DNA from: Zygnema circumcarinatum SAG 698-1b | Lineage: Eukaryota > Plantae > Zygnematophyceae | Assembly: GCA_037447605.1 (NCBI GenBank) | Contig: CM074816.1 | Location: 2,508,525 to 2,572,524 of the forward strand | Length of the DNA stretch: 64,000 nucleotides | Direction: 5' to 3' | In this document: positions 19,143 through 29,350 of the stretch, in pieces | Numbering within the stretch: position 1 is the stretch's first letter | Layout: each line of letters opens with the position of its first letter | The notes under the pieces: model-generated | Database searches by the model: none | The model's input: the letters and a program-made list of their open reading frames with translations, nothing else | What the model was told of the DNA's origin: nothing | Translations under genes and position numbers: made by a program

Positions 19143-21813
19143 GAGAGACAGAGAGAGAGACAGAGAGAGGGAGACAGAGAGAGAGACAGAGAGAGAGAGA
19201 CAGAGAGAGAGACAGAGAGAGAGAGAGAGACAGAGAGAGGAGGAGAGAGAGAGAGGAAGACCCACCTATGATTGCAGACGCATAGGGCCGCACAATGCTG
19301 CTTGTCGCGCATGCTGCAACGAGCCCTCCTATGACCGCGTTGAAGGTGTCTTCAGGACTCGGCTCCGTCGTCCAAAAGGTGAGGGCGAAGGTGGTGAAGC
19401 CGGAAAACGCGGCAGAAATCGTGGTATTCACACACACGTGGGCGACGCTGTACACCCACGTGGCGGAGTCTTGGTTTATGAGGTCAACGGAGCCGCCGTT
19501 GAATCCGAAGAATCCGACCCATAGGATGATGGTTCCGGCAGCCATGTATACCTGCAAGAAGGATGAGAGAATGGAGGAAGCAAGGAAAAAAAAGTGAATG
19601 AAATTCCTGAGAGGAGGAGCCTGTAAGAGCCTGTGAAATAGTAAAAGACACTCGAAAACTCCCACAGAAACCCCAAAAACGAGTGAAAAAAACCCTAAAA
19701 TGTGCGAAATGAAGAGTCTAAAAGGACCTCAGGGTTTGTAGGGTTTTTAGAAAAAAACCCTAAAAGCCCTAAAAACCCTAAGAATCCCAAAAAAAGAATG
19801 AATAGGTCACCATGGAATGCCCTTTGAACGGAACGGGATTTCCTTCGATGTCATATCGCCCTATGCGTGGCCCCACCATCCATGCTCCAACCAGTGACGT
19901 CACGCCTCCGGTTACATGCACCACCATGGAACCTGCGTTGTCCAGGACTCCGTTCGTACTGAGAATTATGGCATTCCGACTGGCAGAAAGCAGCCCGTGC
20001 TGCGACCAAACAATGTGAGCGATCACGGGGTATATGAGGGAGCTCAGGAAAAAGCTGCAAGGAACAGAGGGAAAAAACGAGCACCCCAAAACGTTAGGGT
20101 TTGGTTGGTAGAGCAAATGGGGTATTTGAGGTTTTGGGGATCAAAAGGAAATTTTAGGGTTTGTAAGTTTTTTTAGGTGGTTAGGGCTTCTAGGGTTTCA
20201 GGGAAGTAAAGGATTTCAGCAGAGTTTCTAGATTAGGGATTGTGAGCTAAATTTCTAGCACTTCTAGGGTTTCCAATATTACTAGCTTTTCGGGGTTTCA
20301 GGGTTTTTCAGTTTGGTTTCCGGCTTTCAGGTTTTAGGGTTTCCGGGTTTCAGCGTTATAGGGATCTTAGACGTTCAGGTTTTTAGGGTTTCCGTGTTTT
20401 AATGTTTTAGGGTTTTCGGTTTTCATGGTTTTAGGGTTTTTACGACATCGGGCTTCAGAGTTGATGGGTTTTAGGGTTTAGGGTTTTTCGCACTTGTACA
20501 GCAGATAGGCCCACAGGTGTGTGCGCTCCGCCACGGCTCCTGCGATGATCGTTGTGGACGTAGCCGCGAACGTGAACTGAAAGAAGAACTGAACAGCATT
20601 GTCGCCGTTCATGTTGCCAAAGAACGCCACCTGGCAGCGCGCCATTGGACCAGAAAAAGGAGAAGTCCGCCTTAGTCAACGGCGCTTGCGGAAGGAACAC
20701 TGTTCTTTGCAGCACCGTGTTTGGGAACGGAACGGAGAACAGAACTGTGCAAGTAAACTGTGGAACTAGACACCTACAGAATGATGTATGGTTATGTCAT
20801 GGAACCATGGAACCATGGAACCATGGAATCATGGCATCATAGCATCATGGCATCATGGCATCATCACACATACATAAGGCATTACGGCATTATAGATACG
20901 TACGAAATGATTAGATTGTACATTGTAGACCGATGAAAGTTATGAAATTGTAGTGGTTGTACCTCATCGTTGTCGCCGTACATCCACCCGAAGAAGAGGG
21001 AGCCGTCTCCGAATCCGATGGCGTATCCGAACATCCAAAACGCAATGGCGCACACGCACGTGTCGAGAACATTCTTTATCATTATGTTGCGCGTGTTCTT
21101 GAACCGCACGGTGCCGGCCTCCAGCAGCGAGAACCCCAGCTGCGAGAGGGGGAGAGGGAGAGAGAGAGAGAGCGCGCGAGAGAGAGAGAGAGAGAGAGAG
21201 TGTGAGAGAGAGAGAGAGAGAGGGGTGGGGATGGAGGGATGGGTTGAGAAAGGGGATGAGAGGGTGGGAGGCGAGGGAGGAGGGGTTGAGGGAGGAGGTG
21301 GGAGGGAGGGGGAGAGAGCGAGGGATGGGTTGAAGGAGGAGATGAGAGGGTGGGAGGCGAGGGAAAAGGGGCCGAGAGAGGAGGTGAGAGGGAGGGGGGG
21401 AGTGGGGGAGAGAGGGAGGGATGCGTTGAAAGTGGGGATTAGAGACAGGGCGGAGAGGGAGGAGGGGTCGAGAGAGGAGGTCAGAGGGAGAAGGAGAGGG
21501 GGAGAAATGGGTTGAAAGAGGGGATGAGTGGGTGGGAGGCGAGGGAGGAGGGGTCGAGAGAGGAGGTGAGAGGGAGGGAAGGATGGGTTGAAAGAGGGGA
21601 TGGTTGCATTAGAATCCCAGGGTTCAGGGCCTTCCAACATTCCTAGGGTTCAGGACCGCGCACGCAGACCTGCATGAAGAAGACGAAGACGCTCGCCGTA
21701 ATTCGCCACACGTGCGCCATCGTCCGCTCATGCTGCGCCACCTGTCCGCTCACAGCCTCCAGAGCCGCGCTCAGCGCCGCCGTCTCATTCCGCAACGACG
21801 CCAGTTGATCCAT
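14157..21813 (-). CDS. AMT ammonium transporter - PP2C (clade D-like) phosphatase fusion protein, about 898 aa, 14 exons
   Basis: Exons: 21813-21670, 21139-20963, 20630-20494, 20054-19811, 19551-19266, 18314-18088, 17848-17741, 17572-17273, 17029-16927, 16439-16228, 15655-15488, 15177-14941, 14777-14589, 14321-14157. Total 2697 nt, all GT-AG with consistent phases. AMT motifs: FFMQ|[86 protein letters not shown]|[12 protein letters not shown]2C motifs: WYK...GHFSLA...[47 protein letters not shown]. Confidence 0.88.
18500..19260. repeat. Long (GA)n/(GAGACA)n polypurine tract in intron 5 of the AMT-PP2C gene
   Basis: Directly visible simple repeats, representative of many introns in the window. 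Confidence 0.9.
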
Positions 21814-21817
21814 CTGA

Positions 21818-22520
21818 TTTAGGGTTCAGGACATGGGATTAGGGATCAGGAAAATGGTTGGGCGCAGGGTGAGGGTTAGAGTTAGGGTTTAAGGTTCAGG
21901 GTTAGGGTTACTGTCGGGGTTCAGGATTAGAGTTAGGGTTCAGGGTAAGAAGTAGGGTTCAGGGAGCAGGGTTCAGGGTGAGGTTTAAGGGTGAGGGTTT
22001 AGGGAGCAGGGTTCAGGGTGAGGTTTAAGGGTGAGGGTTCAGGGAGCAGGGTTTAGGGTGAGGGTTCAGGGAGCAGGGTTTAGGGTGAGGGTTCAGGGAG
22101 CAGGGTTTAGGGTTAGGGTTCAGAGTCAGGGTTCAGGGTGAGGGTTCAGGGAGCAGGGTTCAGGGTTAGGGTTCAGGGTTGGGGTTCAGGTTAAGTGTCC
22201 AGGGAGCAGGGTACAGGGTTAGGGTTCAGGGTTGGGGTCCAGGGTGAGTGTTCAGGGAGCAGGGTACAGGGTTAAGGTTCAGGGTTAGGGGTCAAGGTGA
22301 GGTTTCAGGGAGCAGGGTTCAGGGTGAGGTTTATGGGTGAGGGTTCAGGGAGCAGGGTTCAGGGTGAGGGTTCAAGGTCAGGGTTCAGCGTTAGGGTTCA
22401 GTGTGAGGGTTCGGGGAGAAGGGTTCAGGGTGAGGTTTAAGGTCAGGGTTCAGCGTTAGGGTTCAGTGTGAGGGTTCGGGGAGCAGGGTTCAGGGTGAGG
22501 ATTCAAGGTGAAGGGGTTTA
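21818..22520 (+). repeat. Telomere-derived higher-order repeat (GGGTTCAGGGAGCAGGGTTCAGGGTGA-like), probably a 5'-UTR intron of AMT-PP2C
   Basis: Degenerate GGGTT(C/T)A units. On the minus strand a CAG acceptor lies immediately before the ATG at 21813. Confidence 0.8.
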
Positions 22521-23383
22521 CGATGGTCAACCGCCTGATGAGTCGACCTCCTCCCCTCCCCTGAAGCCTCAGTCAGGCGACACGTGGCCGTGACCCCCGT
22601 GCCCACGTGGCTCGCGGCCGACGGTCCCGCGTAGAGGCCCCCCGCCTTTCTCGCCGCCGCGGTCTGCTCGCAGTAACCGTTGCCGCCTACCGCGGGGCGT
22701 TGACTTCCGGTCGGTGCTGCCCGGGACAGTCGCCGTATCGGCAGTACGTATCGGATACCGCATCATGATGCTTGTACCGTATGGTGCGTCAGACAAAAAC
22801 AAAAGCGTCGATCCGTCAATCGGATAATAAGACCGAGTACTTTTACGAACGAGGATCTGCCTTTAAAAATGTACTTCTTCTCTTTTACAGGCATTTGTTG
22901 CCAAAGACTGTACGGAAAAATGCCAGCGAAGGAGGGGGACACCAGCAAATCATGAAAACGATCTCCAATATCAGATTCTGTAATAATAGCACACTTGCGA
23001 AAATGTCGGCCCGCCCTTCCAAAACAGCCCCCTACGGTGGACTGCAGAAACGACGAGTTATAGTACGACAAAACGTACAATGTCGTACAGGTACATTAAC
23101 AACAACACGTACGATCAGGGCGAAGAAGCGACAAACGGCGGTCAAGCTGGAGCTAAGATTAGGGTTAGGGTTAGGGTTAGGATTAGGGTTCAGGACTTGG
23201 GTTAGGGTACAGGAGTAGGGTTAGGGTCAGGATTAGGGTTAGGGTTCAGGATTAGGATAAGGGTCAGGATTAGGGTTGGGGTTCAGAATTAGGGTTAGGC
23301 TTCAGGATTAGGGTCAGGCTTCAGGATTAGGGTTAGGGTTCCGGATTCGGGTTAGGGTTACGTCCGCGGTTCAGCGCGGCGGC

Positions 23384-25831
23384 ATGGCAGCGCGCCACGT
23401 GGTGGCCGTGCGGAACGTGCCGGAGGCGCTCGAGCCGCGCGCGCTGGAGCGCGTGTTCGCGCACTTCGGGGCCGCGCGCGTCGCCAAGTGCGCGCTCAAC
23501 CCTCACGCGGCTCGGAACCTCACAGACTCTAAATTCTATTCCTCAACCCAAAGCTTAAAACCCTGAACCCTAACTCTTAACCCTGTAACTACTACCCGAA
23601 TCCGTTACTCTAAACCCTGAAGCCTAGACCCTAAACCCTAACTCTTAACCCTACAACTACCACCCGAATCCGTTACCCTAAACCCTAAATTCTGAACCCT
23701 GAAGCCTAACCCTAAACTCTAATCTCTAGACCCTAAACCCTAAACCCCTAACCCCAAACCCTGAACCCTAAACCGTAACCCTAACCCCATACTCTAAACC
23801 CTAAACCTTTAACCCTGAATCTTAAATCCTAAACCCTAAACCCTAAACCCTGACCCCTAAACCCTAAACCCTGAACCCTAAAGCCTAACCCTAAACTCTA
23901 AACCCTAAACCCTAAACCCTAAGTCCTTAACCCGAAACCCTAAACCCTAACCCTTAGCCTCTAACCCCTTAACCCTAAACCCTAAACCCTAAACCCGAAA
24001 CCCAAACCCCTAAACCCTAACCCCTAAACCCTAACCCCTGAACCCTAACCCCCTAAACCCTAACCCCTAAACCCTAACCCCTAAANNNNNNNNNNCTAAC
24101 CCCTAAACCCTAACCCCTAAATCCTAAACCCTAAACCCTAAACCCTAACCCCTAAACCCTAACCCCTAAATCCTAAACCCTAAACCCTAACCCCTAAACC
24201 CTCAACTCTAAAACCCTAAACCTTAAACCCTAAACCCTAACCCCTAGATCCTAACCCCCCTTTTTGCTCATCCCCAGAAAGCGCAACGTGGTGTTCGTTT
24301 ACTTCGCGGAGGAAGCCGAAGCCGACCGAGCTCGATCTCAGCTGCACAGGTCTGAAAATTCGAAATTCGAACTACTTCTCAGGAATTCCTAGATTCGTGA
24401 TTGGCTTTGCACGATATTCGATATTCGATATTCGATTCATTTAGATTTCTTTGATAAATTCTTCAACTGCTTTTCAGGCTTGAAGGTTTGAGGTTCTAGA
24501 GTTTCCGTGTTTTATAATTACGGAATTCGGAACGGAAAGCGTTAGAATTTTAAGTCAATTTAATCCAAGGGGACCTTCAAATTTTTTTTTGTGGAATTTA
24601 GATTTTTAGGTTTGGAGGGCTAATGGGCCTCTCCCACCGTGACACGTGGCGCATGCAGAGTGCGGCTCCTTGATAAAGTAATCTCTGTGGAGAAGGTCCC
24701 ATTGCAGCTCTCTCCTTCCGAATCAGAAAAAGAGAAAATTTCCGAAATTTCTGAAAACCCTAAAATTTCTTTGCACCCCAATTTACAAGAGCAAGGGGTA
24801 CCGATTTCAGTTCCACCGATAATTCCGCATTTTAATATTCCGTCCAATCTGAATGTGCCACGTGGCCACTCTACGCCAATTCCGACGAATGACGTGAGGG
24901 CGAAGGAGGTGCCCATAGCGCCCACTTTAGGGCTCGATCGTCCTTTTCCTCCACATTTAGAGTACGTTTACAACCCAAAATTACAAGTATTATTATGGTT
25001 ATTGTTATTTTAAATTCTGAAACTTGAACTTTGCAGCTTATTAGCCATTAGTCATTAGCCATTCTTGCATGCTGGGGGGGGCAGGTACATGTATCCTCCG
25101 CCCGACGGAAATATTTTGACAAACATCGTCAACACGCTGATTGCTGTTCCTCGCTTTTATACACAGGTCTCTCTCTCTCTTTCCCTCTCTCTCTCTCTCT
25201 CTATCTCCCCCTCTCTCTCTCTCTCTCCCTTTTCTCCCCCTTCCTTTCCGCCTTCGCTCTCACTCTGTCTCTTCTTCGCTCTCTCCCCTACTCACTCCCA
25301 CTATCCCTCTCTCCTTCTCCCCCACCGTCAACCCCTCTCTCTCCCTCCTCACCCCTCCCACCCTCTCCCTCTCTCCCCCCTCACTCCTTCCTCCCTCCCC
25401 CGTTTCTCTCTCCTCCCATTCCCCCACCACCCCTCGCGGCCTTGACATTGCTTCATGCTCTTTCCCAGAAATCTCTCCTTAGCAGAAACTGCCTTACTAA
25501 ATACGCACAGGCTTCTTTTGTTTCTTGTTCTTTTTTGGACTTTCATTTCGTTTTTTTTTTTTTTTCACCTGCCCGTTTCAAAGTTTTCAAATCCCTTCTC
25601 CCTGTGCGGCTGATTTTCCGTTGAAATTTTTTCTCAGGTTTTGCATCTTATGAACAAAATGAGTTTGCCGGCTCCGTTTTGTCCGGCTCTGCCTACCCCT
25701 CCTCTCCCTCCCCCAGTCGCGCCTCCCCCAGAAGAGACAAGACAGACCGTACCGCCCCCTCCAGCAGAAGAAGCTTCCACAAGCACGGAGTCTGAGATGC
25801 ATGACTCTGACACGGTCTCTCTCTCTCTCTC

Positions 25832-25918
<87 letters not shown>

Positions 25919-28279
25919 TCTCTCCCCATCCAAATCAATTCCAGTGTGCTTTCTATACCTACCTCGCTATACTTCCGACATATTTTGGCCGCCGTGCAAC
26001 GATGCCAGCTGTCACTTTTCTATTCGCTGAGAGCCGCTCCGATAGCCAATACCATCGTGCCACATGTCATTCTTTGCCTTTTTTTTTCATTTCACTTGTT
26101 TTCAGGAGGGAGGAAATGGCCCTTCCAGGTCCTCCAGAAAGAGGAGGAGAGCGGAGGAGGAGAGAGAGGCTCCCTCTGTGGGAGCGATGGAGGCGGCGGG
26201 AGTGAAAGCGGAGAAGATAGGAGCCCTAGGGGAGCAGCATATAGTTCGGAAGAAGCAGCAGATTATTCCGGTAACCTCTCCCTCCCTCTCTCCCTCTCCA
26301 TCTATCCCACTCCCTCGGCCTCCCTTCTCTTTCCTCGTCCTCTCTTCGCCGCTTCCTCTCCCTCTTCATCCCTCTCCTTCTCTCCCTCCCAATCGCTCTC
26401 CCCCTCCCCCTCCCTCTCTATCCTTCCCTCTGTGTGTCCCCTTTCTCCCTTTCTCGCCCCCCTCGCCCTCCTCCCTTCCCTTGCTCGTCGTCCCCTTCCC
26501 GCCTGCCTCTCCCTCGCCCTCCCCCTCCCTCTCCNNNNNNNNNNCCTCTCCCTCTCCCTCTCCCTCTCCCTCTCACTCTCTCTCTCCCTCGTCCTCTCCC
26601 TCTCCCTCTCGCTCTCCTTCTCCCTCTCCCTCTCCCTCTCCCTTGCCCTCTCCCTCTCCCTCTCCATGTCGAGCGTAGTTGAGAATGGAAATGAATGAGC
26701 AATTTTTTTTCTTGCGGATGTTTGCACTTTTGGACAGATCAAAATCGGAATTTCAAATAAAGCCAAGAAGAAAGGAGCCGCTGCTGCACACATAGACAGG
26801 AAAGGAGAGGAAGTCGGGAGGGAGGAGGGGAAGGGGACGGAGAGGGTGAGGGAGAGTGAGAGCGAGAGAGGGAGGGAGAGGAAGAGGGAGAGGGAGGGAG
26901 CAGGGGAAGAGGCTGAGAGTGGGGATATGCGAGAGAGGAGAGGTCAGGAGGAGAGCGGAGGAGAGAGAGAGGAGGGAGAGGAGGGAGAGAGGATGACCAA
27001 GGAGCAGCTCAGAGCCGGAAAGTTGCTACCGCGAGAACTCGTTACCATTCCTGCATTCAAGGTGTGGCGAATTTCCCTTTTTCTTTTGCCTATAGATATA
27101 ATATTTTTTCCTGGAGTTCCCCTTGTTTTGTTTGCCCATTTTCTCTTGTGGTGTTTTTTCCCTCCTTTTTCGTTTGTGTTTATAACTATTTTTATAATAT
27201 ATTTTTTGGTGTCATTATATACTTTCTGTTTACAGAATTATTCTCCCGGGGCTCCAACTGCAGTTCTTTATGTAAAAAATTTGGCAAAAACCGTTGCCGC
27301 AGAGGATCTATATCATACTTTCGGTACGAATTTGATTATTTTATATCAGCTTCTCAGTGATAAGTGATGTGATTGTTCAACGGAACGGAGAGCTGTTCAA
27401 GGAAAAGGCGACAAGGGATACTGATCATCTGTTTTTTTTTCCTAGAGATAGCCGATAAGAGTTTTGCTTTTCTTAATATTTGGAAATCAACGCTTTTTGG
27501 TGGGGATCAGCTGCGTTTTTCTCTTCTATGGCATCCGCACGTGCCTCTTTGGGAGTGAAACTAATGCAGGTAAGAGGGGACCTTATTTGAAGGCTCTTTA
27601 TCATGGGAGGGCGAGGAGGGGAGGGAGAGGGAGGACGAGGGAGGGAGAGGGAGGATGAGGGAGGGAGAGGGAGGACGAGGGAGGGAGACGGAGGAAGTGG
27701 GAGGAAGAGGGAGGGAGAGGATAAGGGAGGGAGCTGAGATGGATCGTTGCAAGTTGCGTGGTCGCAGGGGTTCTATGCGTGTGACATGTGGGTTGGTTCC
27801 GTTATGTGGGACGGAACAGGAAGGGCGGATGAAGGGGCAGGCGTTTGTGACGTTTCCATCGGTGGAACTTGCAGAGGAGGCGCTGGTGAGTGGAGGGAGG
27901 GAGAGGGAGAGAGGGAGAGAGGGAGAGAGGGAGGGAGGGAGAGGGGGGGGGTGAGGGGGAAGGATAGAGGGTTGGGAGAAGGGAGAGTGGGCCAGCCAAG
28001 GGACGGAGAGGAGGAGGAGGATGAGATGGAAAGGGAGAAACTGGAGGGCGAGGAAGTGACAAGAAGTCGTCTTCTCTCCCCCTCTCCCTAGTCATTCTTT
28101 CTTGTCCTTCGAAAGTATTTGACCTTCCATTGACATCTCATGGTGTTCCACGTTCCATGTTGTGTTGTGTTGTGTTGTGGGGTTACCGGCCCTCCTCCTT
28201 TCAGGAGGCGGCGCACGCCTTTGTGCTGAAGGGCAAGCCCTTAGTCGTGCAGTTTGGGCGGAAGCCGCCGTCCGGGTAA
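23384..28279 (+). CDS. RNPC3: U11/U12 snRNP 65K protein (RNPC3), two RRMs
   Basis: About 11 exons. RRM1: VAVRNVP...VFAHFGA|KRNVVFVYFAEE. Conserved middle: IAPTLGLDRPFPPHLEYMYPPPDGNILTNIVNTLIAVPRFYTQVLHLMNKMSLPAPF. RRM2: NYSPGAPTAVLYVKNLAK...VKLMQ|EGRMKGQAFVTFPS...LKGKPLVVQFGR. Confidence 0.93.
23560..24260 (+). repeat. (CCCTAAA)/(CCCTAA)-type telomere-like array in RNPC3 intron 1 (contains an assembly gap)
   Basis: Dense AAACCCT/AACCCCT units. A further TTAGGG-type array lies at 23155-23360, just upstream of the ATG. Confidence 0.9.
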
Positions 28280-29350
28280 AGCTTTCGAGGAGGGGGCAGA
28301 GGTGACAGTTCCAATTTTCGAAGGAATTTCAACTTTGTTACATAGTGATCACCACCGAGCCTGAAGAAAAAGGGCAAATAAATAAGTATAATGTGACGCT
28401 TTGTAAGTTGTTTCGGAAGAAACAGATATGAGGTTTCAGGCCGAATAATTTGTTTGTCTCCCATTGCCCATCAACTCTCATGAATTATCCATCTATTGCT
28501 CACAAAAGCAATCCAGTTTCAATGAAAAAGCCGTTCGATACTCGTTAAGTGGGCCCTGTGACGGCTCCTTTCTCGTGCTGGGAGCAATCAAAACTAAGTT
28601 TTTTGCCTTTCCAGTTACAGTTTCAGTCTCAATCGTCTGCAGAGTTTGGCGTCGAGTACTGACTACGCCCTGTTAGCTTGAACTATCGAAAGTAGCTAAA
28701 AAACTAAACGTGAAGACTGAAATAGAATGGAAACAAATATAGCTCTGAGAACGAGCAGGATGAAGGCAAGCATGGCAAATTCACAAACGTAGCCACAACA
28801 TAAGTTCAAAAAAGTTGATCCGTTCCGTTTTTTTAACAGTAAACTGAAAGCGCCGACGCCACATGTACAGAGAGCCACGCAGCCTATATTCTACACATGC
28901 AAAAAAAAACCCATTCCTACCAACCGTAATTCTCAGACTCTATGTCAGAGGAATGGCCTACAGTTAACCGTTGACTGTTAGCGACAACGGAAGTTTGAAG
29001 GCATCAAACCTCGCCTTTCCATGACACACTCGGAACTTCTGACCTTCAATAGAAACATTGAACTAGAGCTTTAAAAAAAAAAGTGGACAAACGAGCCTCC
29101 TGCTCCATCCAGCTCTATCAAATCTTGAATGTTCCTCAAAATAACAGGAAACCCTCTTGCGGTAGACAAATCTTCCCCTCTCTACGCACTCCTCTCCTCT
29201 CACTACCCTCACTCCCTCTCCCCTCCAACCTCTCCTATCTTTACTCCCCCCGCTTCTCCTCCCTCTCCCCTCCTCTCTCTACTCCCTTGTTTCTCCCCTT
29301 TCCTTTCCTCTCTCCTCTGTCTCCCTCTCGACATTCCTCTCATGCCCTAC

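Noticed and set aside
18088-19266. AMT appearing truncated or pseudogenised after ...PYASAII in the ORF track
   Set aside because: The missing TM segments are present in exons 18314-18088 and 17848-17741, which the ORF track does not list.
23384-28279. U12-type introns in or near the minor-spliceosome gene RNPC3
   Set aside because: I saw no RTATCCTT donor at any junction I modelled.
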